From positions 24,587 to 88,586 of IMG/VR virus record IMGVR_UViG_3300023184_003179: 64,000 nucleotides of DNA. One strand, given 5' to 3'. The notes below the pieces were generated by a model. It saw only the letters and a list, made by a program, of their open reading frames with translations, was not told the DNA's origin and did not search any database. This DNA is from a virus. The position numbers and the translations under genes are program-made. Shown here piece after piece: positions 50,517-59,241 of this stretch. How positions within the stretch are numbered: position 1 is the stretch's first letter; each line of letters opens with the position of its first letter.

Positions 50517-52298
50517 TTATGCTTCAATATAAATTTTGTGTACTTTAACAGCGGTATCTGCTGATGCACCAGTTACTTGAAGAAGAACATTTCCACCGCT
50601 GTAAACAGCGTTAGTTGTTCCTAGTTCAGCATTGCTGATTACATCTGCATATTCTGTTAAGTAAACGTTGTTTGCTCCATCAACTGTAACAAGTAACTCA
50701 ATTACTTCAATATCCCCACCTTTTTTCATTTGTACGATATATTTAGCGCTTGAGTATGTTGCTACTGCCCATGTATCAATTGTTGTTGCTGAAGTTGATG
50801 CTGTTGCTGTAGCAGTTCCAAGTAATGCATCTGCAAGTGTAATAGATCCACTAAGTTCAAGGCTTGAACCTGTTGCTGCTCCAATATTTGGAGTAACAAG
50901 AGTTGGTGTATTAGCAAATACTAGAGCACCAGTTCCTGTTTCATCAGATATGACTCCTGCTAGTTCTGAAGATGATGTTGCAGCAAGTGCTGAAATCTTA
51001 CTTGTTGTATAAACACCATTTGTTACTGTTGCAGCATTTCCTGTGTATTGTGTTGCTGATAGAACTTGTGTTCCATTAACTTTTAATACCTTACCAGAAG
51101 CAAGATCTAAGTGCTCAGAAGATGTCCATGAATCAGTTGCATCTATCCATGAAAATGTCTTGTCTGTAGTACCCTTAAGTGTAAGACCACCACCATCTGC
51201 GCCTGCATCTGTTGGAGTTGCTACTGAACCAAGTGTAAGGTTCTTGTCATCAACTGTGATTTCTGTTGAGTTAATTGTAGTTGTTGTACCGTTAACTGTT
51301 AGGTCCCCTGAAAGAACCAAAGATGTACCAGTTGCAGCACCAATGTTTGGTGTTACAAGTGTTGGGGTATCAGCAAAAACAAGTCCGCCAGTACCAGTCT
51401 CATCAGAGATTACTGTGCGAAGTTCTGCTGAAGATGTTGCTGCAAAAACATCCAACTTATTATTTGTAAGAGCAACAGTACCTGTAGCGTCTGGCAAAGT
51501 AATTGTACGATCAGCAGTAGGATTTGTTACTGTAAGAGTTGTCTCATTAGCATCTGCAGATGAACCTTCAAAAACAACGCTTGAGTCATTAAGTGTAAGA
51601 CCAGTTACTACTGGGCTTGTAAGTGTCTTATTTGTAAGTGTTTGAGTATTTGTTGTTCCAACTACAGCACCTGTTGCACCGTGTGTTTCTGTAAGACCTG
51701 CGTGTGTTGATACATATCCTGAAGCAGTTGATTCTGCTGCAGATTGTGCTGAAGATGCTGCACCATATGCATCATATGTGTTTGCAGTTACAGAAATTGC
51801 ACCTGTTGTATCGTTATATGAAAGACCAGTTCCAACTGAATTTCCAATTGCATCCTGTGCTCTTTCATCTGTAAAATATTTATTTGTTGAACCTTCTGAT
51901 AATCCATCTGTTGATGAAGGAATATCTGAAGTAAGTGCTACTGTACCAGTTGCGTTTGGAAGTGTTATTGTGCGATCTGCTGTTGGGTCAGTTACTGCAA
52001 GAGTTGTTTCGTATGCATCGGCTGTTGCACCTTCAAATACAATGCTTTCTCCAAATACACCAACTGCTTGTGGGGCAGCCCATTCAATGCCATTTGTTGC
52101 GCTTGAGTTTGCAGTAAGAATATATCCATTTGTTCCTGCTGCTAAACGAGTAACTGCATCATCTGCGCTACCTACAATTAAATCACCTTTAGCGTCTACA
52201 ACGCCTGCTGTGATTACGTTCTTTCCTGCAACGGTTGCTGTTGATCCTTCAACAACTAATCCCGATTTGACTCTAAAGTCTTTTGTTACTGTTGCCAT
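50517..52298 (-). CDS. Tail fibre / appendage protein
   Basis: Shares several modules with 47073..49994; C-terminal DTW...YSSAKYIVQ domain. Confidence 0.75.
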   Translation of the reverse strand: MATVTKDFRVKSGLVVEGSTATVAGKNVITAGVVDAKGDLIVGSADDAVTRLAAGTNGYILTANSSATNGIEWAAPQAVGVFGESIVFEGATADAYETTLAVTDPTADRTITLPNATGTVALTSDIPSSTDGLSEGSTNKYFTDERAQDAIGNSVGTGLSYNDTTGAISVTANTYDAYGAASSAQSAAESTASGYVSTHAGLTETHGATGAVVGTTNTQTLTNKTLTSPVVTGLTLNDSSVVFEGSSADANETTLTVTNPTADRTITLPDATGTVALTNNKLDVFAATSSAELRTVISDETGTGGLVFADTPTLVTPNIGAATGTSLVLSGDLTVNGTTTTINSTEITVDDKNLTLGSVATPTDAGADGGGLTLKGTTDKTFSWIDATDSWTSSEHLDLASGKVLKVNGTQVLSATQYTGNAATVTNGVYTTSKISALAATSSSELAGVISDETGTGALVFANTPTLVTPNIGAATGSSLELSGSITLADALLGTATATASTSATTIDTWAVATYSSAKYIVQMKKGGDIEVIELLVTVDGANNVYLTEYADVISNAELGTTNAVYSGGNVLLQVTGASADTAVKVHKIYIEA

Positions 52299-52313
52299 CT
52301 TATATCTCCTTGG

Positions 52314-52760
52314 TTAGGCCTTTAACCCCATACGCATGTAGCGTAGAGTTATAGGTGTGATTCCCCCTACTGGAACAACAGTTAGTGAAACTGTATCTCC
52401 AGCCCTTGAAACAGAGATGGTGCCAATATTCCCATCGTTTTCAACTATTCCATACTGACTAACAGATACACCTGTACCGTCAATCAGAATACTAATTTCT
52501 GTAGAGGAGTACTTGTTTGCACCACCTGCTACATATTTAATGGAAACCATATATTTCATTGATCTCCACTCACTTGCTAGAAAGTTATCAAAAACCGTTG
52601 AATTTTCAATTCCATTAATTGTTGATTCATTATTTCCATCTGATCCAAGATCGGTAGACCTAGCAGAAGTACTATCAATTAAGTCTTCATAATTTTCTTG
52701 CGATGGTCTATCGCCTGTTTGAAATAAGGCTTTTACGTTAGTGGTTGATATCTTTGCCAT
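52314..52760 (-). CDS. Virion protein
   Basis: FQTGDRPSQENYEDLIDS anchor-like N-terminus; C-domain paralogous to that of 50517..52298; leaderless, 6 nt after TGATATAAT (52767-52775). Confidence 0.65.
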   Translation of the reverse strand: MAKISTTNVKALFQTGDRPSQENYEDLIDSTSARSTDLGSDGNNESTINGIENSTVFDNFLASEWRSMKYMVSIKYVAGGANKYSSTEISILIDGTGVSVSQYGIVENDGNIGTISVSRAGDTVSLTVVPVGGITPITLRYMRMGLKA

Positions 52761-52780
52761 GGTCTTATTATATCATTATT

Positions 52781-53002
52781 TTAAAGTATATAGTTACTGA
52801 TTCCAATAACTTGAAGTCCAATTCCAGGAACATTGGAGTATGCACTTGGTATTCCAATGTTTGTAAGTTTTATTCTAAATGGAAGAACTTCATTTATCTT
52901 GGTTAGTCTTACAGAATGTAAAACCTTTGTTTTTGGATAATCTATTGTTGATACTGATCTTACTTTATTGCTAGAACCATTTATTATTGCAACTGAAGCC
53001 AT
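52781..53002 (-). CDS. Small hypothetical virion-module protein
   Basis: TAATG-coupled to the upstream gene. Confidence 0.6.
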   Translation of the reverse strand: MASVAIINGSSNKVRSVSTIDYPKTKVLHSVRLTKINEVLPFRIKLTNIGIPSAYSNVPGIGLQVIGISNYIL

Positions 53003-53412
53003 TATGACTCACTGTTGGTTACATCTTCAATAATATTCATTGTTCCTCTGGCTACCGTCCAAACACGACTTTCATCGCTTAATTCAATATCAAATATATC
53101 GCCAGTTTCTAATATTGTTGACTGCCCAGATGTTAATGAAACTGTAAACTCACCACTACCATCGCCAGTTGCTGGGGCTGGTGCTAAAGTGGTAATTAAC
53201 TCTGCATCATCTGTAAAATCACCAGGCTTTGTGTTTGGGCGTTTAATCTCCATATCAATTGTCCAGTCTGCAATTATTAATGGATCTTTGTTATCATCGG
53301 TTACGTATACTCTAAAAGCGGCTGTATCGCCTCTTACAACTGTCCAAACCACATTTGGAGGGGTAGATCCAACAGAATAAGAACTAAGTGCTTGATCTCT
53401 AAATGTAGCCAT
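53002..53412 (-). CDS. BppU-like adaptor protein (RGDT paralog 1)
   Basis: WTVVRGDT...FDIEL...VWTVARG...EDVT; TGGTATAAT at 53422-53430. Confidence 0.6.
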   Translation of the reverse strand: MATFRDQALSSYSVGSTPPNVVWTVVRGDTAAFRVYVTDDNKDPLIIADWTIDMEIKRPNTKPGDFTDDAELITTLAPAPATGDGSGEFTVSLTSGQSTILETGDIFDIELSDESRVWTVARGTMNIIEDVTNSES

Positions 53413-53477
53413 AATCATATCATTATACCACTAACTAAATAAATATTTAAAAATATTTTTAATTTTATTGCTCAAAG

Positions 53478-53507
53478 TTGACTCAATTGGCAAATTCATG
53501 TTATAAT
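53478..53507 (+). promoter_or_regulatory. Sigma70-type promoter: TTGACT, 18-nt spacer, TATAAT with extended TG
   Basis: Near-consensus -35 and extended -10, then the 5' hairpin ATGCTACC-TATT-GGTAGCAT and SD AGGAGGT. Confidence 0.75.
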
Positions 53508-53557
53508 TAATACATGCTACCTATTGGTAGCATTTGTTCTCTAGGAGGTATTTTACA

Positions 53558-54106
53558 ATGAGAGAAGCAAAGGTTTGGCTAGGGGTGTTGGTTTTGGTTA
53601 TTTGTAGTGCCGTTTTTTCTGGCTCTGCAAAGGCTGCAAACCAAAATAATTTACTAACTAAAAAGTCTTTAGACGTCTCTGCCACTCAACAGGTGGCTTT
53701 TTTGGTTTCTAAAGAGAAAAAACTTGAAAGATATGGAAATGCTCATAACTTGACTGATGAGCAACTAGTTGATATGTTAAAGGCTGTAGGATTTAAGGGA
53801 AAGGCTTTAAGGTCTGCTTGTGCTGTTGCAAAGGCAGAGTCTAATGGTCGTCCCCTTGCTTTTAACGGCAACATAAAGACTGGAGATAGTTCATATGGAG
53901 TATTTCAAATTAATATGCTTGGAGAACTAGGGTCAGATCGTAGAGAGAAATTTGAACTAGATTCAAATGCTGAATTGCTTAACCCAGTGGTTAATGCACA
54001 GATCGCTCTTCACATGACTAAGGGTGGATCAGATTGGTCTTCATGGAGTTCCATCAACGGAAAGCGGTATCAGGAATGGTACAGCAAATATCCATGTAAG
54101 CAATAA
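53558..54106 (+). CDS. Secreted lysozyme-like / lytic transglycosylase (SLT family)
   Basis: Signal peptide ending SAKA; AVAKAESNG catalytic Glu, SYGVFQIN, LNPVVNA, DWSSW. Confidence 0.85.
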   Translation: MREAKVWLGVLVLVICSAVFSGSAKAANQNNLLTKKSLDVSATQQVAFLVSKEKKLERYGNAHNLTDEQLVDMLKAVGFKGKALRSACAVAKAESNGRPLAFNGNIKTGDSSYGVFQINMLGELGSDRREKFELDSNAELLNPVVNAQIALHMTKGGSDWSSWSSINGKRYQEWYSKYPCKQ

Positions 54107-54117
54107 AAATTAAAGTA

Positions 54118-54152
54118 GAGATACCCCATCATTAATTTGGTGGGGTATTTTT
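54118..54152 (+). terminator. Rho-independent terminator between convergent genes
   Basis: ATACCCCATC-ATTAATTT-GGTGGGGTAT followed by TTTT. Confidence 0.85.
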
Positions 54153-54876
54153 ATTTATATTCTTTTTTTTGTCTATATAAAGTTTTATATGAATCAAAAA
54201 ACTTTGTACGTAAAAGTGAAAAAATTTTATTTTGATTAAGCATGTCTTCTTCGCTTCCTAACTCCATTTCCCAAGAATCTCTTTTAAATGGTATGGCTTG
54301 CACAATTGGTGTTCCAGCGGGTATTAAACCTTTGAATTCTATATTTTTTAAAACAAATGGAAAGTTTACTGGAGCAGTGTATTTATCAGTATCAACAACT
54401 CCTGGAAGTATTGAAAAAACAGACTCTCTATGTAAAGGTTCTATAAAAAGTGTTGAATATCCTGGTGGTGTTTTTATTGACCATGGATTTATCCATTTAG
54501 GATAAGTAATTTCATGCCCTGAGTTATTTGGATGATTTGGTGCTTGTTCAACTGGATGAAATTGAATAATACCAAAACTTGACCATTCATATGTTGGTTG
54601 TGTTATTTTTGGATTTTCTGGATTCACTGGAACTCTTCCTATCCAAACATCGCATGGTGATGGAATAATATATCCAGCATTTATAGAATCAAAAACTGGC
54701 ATACATTTTTTTATTGTTGCAGTTGTATTTCCATTTCCATCTGGTTTTTTTTCTCCATCTATGTAGGAGTTTAACTCTTTATACCACTCTGGAACATATT
54801 TTGATGCTGGCTTAGGATAATATTCTTCTGGAATACCAAGCATGTTTGTAAATTTTATTTTAACGTTATCATCCAT
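54151..54876 (-). CDS. dUTPase-fold-like (DUF6065-like) protein, paralog 2
   Basis: PKPASKYVPEWY, KKCMPVFD..GY, IKTPPGYS, PGVVDTDKY, GTPIVQAIPFKRDSW; leaderless, 6 nt after TATACT. Confidence 0.75.
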   Translation of the reverse strand: MDDNVKIKFTNMLGIPEEYYPKPASKYVPEWYKELNSYIDGEKKPDGNGNTTATIKKCMPVFDSINAGYIIPSPCDVWIGRVPVNPENPKITQPTYEWSSFGIIQFHPVEQAPNHPNNSGHEITYPKWINPWSIKTPPGYSTLFIEPLHRESVFSILPGVVDTDKYTAPVNFPFVLKNIEFKGLIPAGTPIVQAIPFKRDSWEMELGSEEDMLNQNKIFSLLRTKFFDSYKTLYRQKKEYK

Positions 54877-54888
54877 ACTTTAAGTATA

Positions 54889-55608
54889 CTATACACTTTC
54901 TTGTTTAAGATATACGTATTTTGAATTTAAAAAATTAATGTACGTATAAATATATTCATTTACCTTTTCATTTGTTAAGTCTGGAAGTGTTTTTATTTTA
55001 ACAATATTATCTTTAAAATTTTTCCATTCTTCTGAAAAATCTTCTTGATTATTTTCAAATCTAGGATTCTGCCAAGCAAAATTCCTATCCTCATAGCAAG
55101 AAATAAAGTAAAGTTCTTCCATGGACCAAATCCATAAAAGATCATGATTTGGAATATTTTTTGCAATATTATTCATACTTCTAATTTTCCAAAACTCTGG
55201 AGATTTTTCATAATGATCTAATAAAATACAATCATATTTTTCATCTGTCTTGTAGTCTTCAATATCTGCAACCTCTATTGTTACTTTATCTGGAAGAGTA
55301 TTGTTTTCTAAAAAAATATCAACAATATCTTGAGATATTTCTATTATTTTTATAGACTCTACTTCTGGCTTATTTGCAAGCCATAGAGTTAATGTTCCAA
55401 AACCTAAACCACTTTTTAATATTTTTCCATATGCAAGATCATAACTTGAATATAATTCTTTGGCTTCTTTATTATTTTTTATATTAAAAGAATTTTCCTG
55501 TTTTCCTTGCCTATACAAGACATAACTTGTTCCAAGTTTAACAATGTCTATATCATTTTTAAAAGTTTCTTTTATTTTAATTTTAGGAATTGTTTTTCTA
55601 TCGTACAT
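54889..55608 (-). CDS. Class I SAM-dependent methyltransferase / spermidine-synthase-like protein
   Basis: GKILKSGLGFG motif I, IIEISQDIVD, ADI, YDCILLD. Confidence 0.7.
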   Translation of the reverse strand: MYDRKTIPKIKIKETFKNDIDIVKLGTSYVLYRQGKQENSFNIKNNKEAKELYSSYDLAYGKILKSGLGFGTLTLWLANKPEVESIKIIEISQDIVDIFLENNTLPDKVTIEVADIEDYKTDEKYDCILLDHYEKSPEFWKIRSMNNIAKNIPNHDLLWIWSMEELYFISCYEDRNFAWQNPRFENNQEDFSEEWKNFKDNIVKIKTLPDLTNEKVNEYIYTYINFLNSKYVYLKQESV

Positions 55609-55624
55609 TCCCCCCCCTTTTTTA

Positions 55625-55882
55625 TTATTCTTCTACTATTGACTCTTCTTCTGGACTTGGGACAAATTCCCATCTTTTTAGTTCTTCATTCCATTCCCAA
55701 ATTTTATCATCAATTGGTTCTGGCGCTCTCCAAGAATCACCTGTTCTAATCCATCCAATTCCAATAAATCCATCATCTTCAACAATTTCTTTGCCTGGAT
55801 AAACAGTATAAACTTGTTCTTTTGGATCTGCAATTAAACTATCAATAATAATGTCGTTTTCAACTATATGCCAAGTTTTCAT
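55625..55882 (-). CDS. Small fibre-accessory protein
   Basis: GIGW...APEP...WEWNEELKRWE; follows the Gly-rich fibre; SD GAGGA. Confidence 0.6.
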   Translation of the reverse strand: MKTWHIVENDIIIDSLIADPKEQVYTVYPGKEIVEDDGFIGIGWIRTGDSWRAPEPIDDKIWEWNEELKRWEFVPSPEEESIVEE

Positions 55883-55897
55883 AATTTCATTCCTCTG

Positions 55898-57010
55898 CTA
55901 CTGAAGTCCATAAACATAAACTGCGCCACCAGTTCCTGCGCCACCCGCTCCACCAGAGCCAGATCTTGCTCCACCGCCACCGCCACCGCCTGTGCCTTTT
56001 AGTGTTCCAACACCACCTGCTGAACCAGGAGAATTTCCACCTGCACCACCAGATCCGCCACCAATATTGCTGATTCCACCACTGCCGCTTGGCCATGTAC
56101 CATTATAGTCTGTAGATCCACCGCCACCGCCACCGCCATTAGATTGATTTAATGTAGTTACGCCAAGGCCTGTTAATGTAAAGGAAACGCTATTTGGTGT
56201 ATTATTTACATCTCCAGATGAGTTTTGACCAGAGTTTACAGAAGGTTGTCCTGAACCTCCACCAGTTCCTGGACCATTTCCACCATTCCATCTATTGGTT
56301 AATGTAGTTGCATTTGTTGCTGTTGTTGGTGTTACTCCACTTGAATTTACTGTGTTGCCTACTACGCTTAATAAATTTCCAAAAGCAGTTGTTCCTCCAG
56401 AAGATCCTGCATTTCCACCTGCTCCAATATTTACAACATAAGTTTGTCCAGGCGTTACAGTATAATCTGTAAAACCAGATATTGCAGAACTGTTTGCACC
56501 ATTTCCGCCACCACCAGTGTAGTTGTGACCACCTCTTGCAGAATATGAAGTTCCAGAACTACCTCCAGAAGAACCGCCACTGCCTCCTCCTGTTGCAAAA
56601 ACTGTAATTTTTGAAACACCAGCAGGAATTGTATATGTTTCAGATGCTGTAATTGTTCTTAAAAGGGTATATGCACTATTAGTTGTTGTTGATGCACTTG
56701 CTGGACTACTTGGTCCAACTCCAACATTTCCAGTGCCAGCAGCAGAAAATGTATATGACGTGTTTGGTGTAAGTCCACTTACTGTTATAGGGCTTGTATT
56801 TCCACTAGCAGTCAAACTTCCTGGGCTTGATGTAACTGTATAGGTATTTGCAGTTGCTCCAATAGTTGGAAAAGTTAATGCAACATCTATTGCTGTTCCA
56901 GTGCTTGCAGCAGTTGTGCCAGTAATTACTGGGTTAGTTGGAACTGCAACGCTTGTATTATCTGCTGAAAGGTTATTAATTGTTCCCTTTTTTAAACTTC
57001 TGATTGTCAT
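55898..57010 (-). CDS. FN3 + glycine-rich domain fibre / receptor-binding protein
   Basis: YTVTSSPG...SPITVSGLTPNTSYTF, then YTIPAGVSKITVFATGGG and GGGGG repeats. Confidence 0.75.
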   Translation of the reverse strand: MTIRSLKKGTINNLSADNTSVAVPTNPVITGTTAASTGTAIDVALTFPTIGATANTYTVTSSPGSLTASGNTSPITVSGLTPNTSYTFSAAGTGNVGVGPSSPASASTTTNSAYTLLRTITASETYTIPAGVSKITVFATGGGSGGSSGGSSGTSYSARGGHNYTGGGGNGANSSAISGFTDYTVTPGQTYVVNIGAGGNAGSSGGTTAFGNLLSVVGNTVNSSGVTPTTATNATTLTNRWNGGNGPGTGGGSGQPSVNSGQNSSGDVNNTPNSVSFTLTGLGVTTLNQSNGGGGGGGSTDYNGTWPSGSGGISNIGGGSGGAGGNSPGSAGGVGTLKGTGGGGGGGARSGSGGAGGAGTGGAVYVYGLQ

Positions 57011-57339
57011 TATGAAATCTCTGATCCGTAAGCATTGAACGACATTGTAGCGCTTGATGCATAAACAGTTATAACATCTGTTGTTGCAAGCGTAATTCCA
57101 AGAGTAAGCGTTAAAGTGTCAACCGATGCAATTGTTGTATCGTATGCAATATAGTGTTTGTTTGCAATTGCCTCTCCTGCTGGCCGTATTGCTACTCTAA
57201 ATGTTCCTGCTGATGCTCCTAAGTTTGCAACTGTAATTGTTGATACAACTGCTGAAGTTGCTGCTGGAACTGTATATAAAGACGTGTTTGTGGTTGCTGC
57301 TGGGTTAGATTGCCCAAGCACTTTGTATGCTGTTGCCAT
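57010..57339 (-). CDS. Small virion protein
   Basis: MATAYKVLGQSNPAATT...FNAYGSEIS; SD GGGAGG. Confidence 0.7.
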   Translation of the reverse strand: MATAYKVLGQSNPAATTNTSLYTVPAATSAVVSTITVANLGASAGTFRVAIRPAGEAIANKHYIAYDTTIASVDTLTLTLGITLATTDVITVYASSATMSFNAYGSEIS

Positions 57340-57342
57340 ATT

Positions 57343-57774
57343 TTATCCTCCCATTAACATAAAATTAACTACATATGGATCTGGCAGTGTCTGCCATGAT
57401 GTAATTATACCATCTGTTTGCAAAAATTTACTTGCATTATCAGTTTGACTTGGTATAAAAGCAACCCATGCTGAACCACTATAATACTGAAGTTGGTTTA
57501 TAGTGTTTCCTGAGCCATCTTGTCTTATTACACAGATTGATCCAGCAACTGGAGAGGTAATTGATGCATCTCTTGCTGTTGGGTTAAGGTAATTATTTAT
57601 ACCCTTCTTTCCTATAAGGTGGTCAATAATTGTAACAGTTGATAGATTTGTATGTGGTCCAGCCCATTCAAAAGTTCCAGATGTGTCTGTTTTGCCAGAT
57701 AGTTCATACCAGGTATCATCTGCTGCATTATAGATATACCCTGGCTTTCCATCGTAATTAAATGATGTTGGCAT
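57343..57774 (-). CDS. Short fibre/adaptor protein
   Basis: TARDASITSPVAG, LQYYSGSAW, KFLQTDG; ends FMLMGG. Confidence 0.65.
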   Translation of the reverse strand: MPTSFNYDGKPGYIYNAADDTWYELSGKTDTSGTFEWAGPHTNLSTVTIIDHLIGKKGINNYLNPTARDASITSPVAGSICVIRQDGSGNTINQLQYYSGSAWVAFIPSQTDNASKFLQTDGIITSWQTLPDPYVVNFMLMGG

Positions 57775-58253
57775 CAAATCACCTGATTAAAAGTGCTAGT
57801 GTCTGCGTTATATACATACATCTCTAGTGGAACTGAACCCTTTTTTATCCATATAACTCCATTTGCCAAACCAGTTGATGGCTGTGTTGTTGTATAAATA
57901 GATGTTGCGGATAAATATCCTACTGGAGCAGCAGCATCTTTGTCCACCCAAATATATCCATTTGGAATTGTTGCAGAAAATGCCGTAAAGTTTGCTGCAA
58001 CGGGTGCAGAGTTTTGCGCTGAAGATATATTTCTTGCTGCCAACTCCAACGCAACTTGATCATCTATTTGCTCTTGCAAATCATTTATAGTATAAGCAAT
58101 TGATGGATTTAATAATTCTGCTGTATCGGTTTCTGCTGTATCAAAATCATATGACCCATAATGATATGCCCTTAAAGCATCCTGAATGTTAGCATCGTCA
58201 ATCAATGCTGGAATTTTAGTTGGTACTAAACTTCCTATATCTTCTACAGCCAT
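57774..58253 (-). CDS. Virion protein
   Basis: TKIPALIDDANIQDALRAYH; NGYIWVD and NGVIWIK repeats; TGGTATAAT at 58274-58282. Confidence 0.65.
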   Translation of the reverse strand: MAVEDIGSLVPTKIPALIDDANIQDALRAYHYGSYDFDTAETDTAELLNPSIAYTINDLQEQIDDQVALELAARNISSAQNSAPVAANFTAFSATIPNGYIWVDKDAAAPVGYLSATSIYTTTQPSTGLANGVIWIKKGSVPLEMYVYNADTSTFNQVI

Positions 58254-58288
58254 TGGGTCTCACCTCTTTTAAGATTATACCATTTTTA

Positions 58289-58864
58289 TCAAACTATAGA
58301 GATAAAAATATGTACCGTTTTATTTCCAGTAAGTGCTGACCAACTTGAACCACTGTATTGTGATCCATGTAGGTTTATTACTAGGTTTGTGCCTGCTCCA
58401 ACAAGTGCTGGTACTTCTAGTGAAGATGCAATTGGGTTTGCTCCTTCAATTTGATATTGTATATTAAAATTAGATGCCGTTAGTGGTGATCCAGTAACTG
58501 AAACAATATTTGAGATTGGAATAGTAATAGATCCATTACCAGATGTAAATGGAATTACTTCAACTGCAGAATATATTGCTGGATTCATATGCAAAACTTC
58601 TATCCAAGTATTTCCTCCTGGCTGAGATACATACTGATATAAGTATCCATAGTTTTCTCCAGGAGAAACATTTATATACATATCATTTAATATAAGTGTT
58701 TGACCAAGTAGAACTCCGCTTGATGTTTGTGAATTTGGTTCTCCAGAACCTACAATAAATTTTGTTCCACGAGTTCCTTGTGGACCTATGTCAACTAAAA
58801 CATCAATTGTTTCTGGTGGCCCTAAAACAACAACATCTTCTGTATTTAATAATACGTCTACCAT
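58289..58864 (-). CDS. Virion protein with collagen-like remnant
   Basis: DIGPQGTRG...GSGEP; coupled to the upstream gene. Confidence 0.6.
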   Translation of the reverse strand: MVDVLLNTEDVVVLGPPETIDVLVDIGPQGTRGTKFIVGSGEPNSQTSSGVLLGQTLILNDMYINVSPGENYGYLYQYVSQPGGNTWIEVLHMNPAIYSAVEVIPFTSGNGSITIPISNIVSVTGSPLTASNFNIQYQIEGANPIASSLEVPALVGAGTNLVINLHGSQYSGSSWSALTGNKTVHIFISIV

Positions 58865-59217
58865 TATGATTCATCTGCTCCAGTAATATCATTTGTTACT
58901 GTAATTGTTCCTGTTAAAATTGTATAAATTTCAGTTGGTCCATTATCTATTTGCACATCATATACATATGTACCAGCAGCAAGGTCTCTTCCAACACCTG
59001 GCAAAATTGTACATGTTACTGTGTCTGCACTGCCATCAACAACTGCTTGTGCTTCATAAGATTGTGTTGGTGCTGGACCTCTTGTATTGGCAATAAAAAA
59101 ATCTGCTGTAAACCCTGTTAAATCAAATGCTGAGCCATTTGCTGTTTTTGGACGTATCACAAATTCAGCGGTATCACCACGATAGTAATTAAAATTATAT
59201 GAGCCTGGAAATGCCAT
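58864..59217 (-). CDS. BppU-like adaptor protein (RGDT paralog 2)
   Basis: YYRGDT...FDLTGFTA...YVYDVQI...GTITVTNDIT; SD AGGAGGA; TGGTATAAT at 59233-59241. Confidence 0.65.
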   Translation of the reverse strand: MAFPGSYNFNYYRGDTAEFVIRPKTANGSAFDLTGFTADFFIANTRGPAPTQSYEAQAVVDGSADTVTCTILPGVGRDLAAGTYVYDVQIDNGPTEIYTILTGTITVTNDITGADES

Positions 59218-59241
59218 TAGTCCTCCTGCTTAATTATACCA

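Noticed and set aside
55887-56096. Trp/Arg-rich 69-aa ORF resembling an antimicrobial peptide
   Set aside because: Alternate frame of GGT/GGC glycine runs in the fibre gene.
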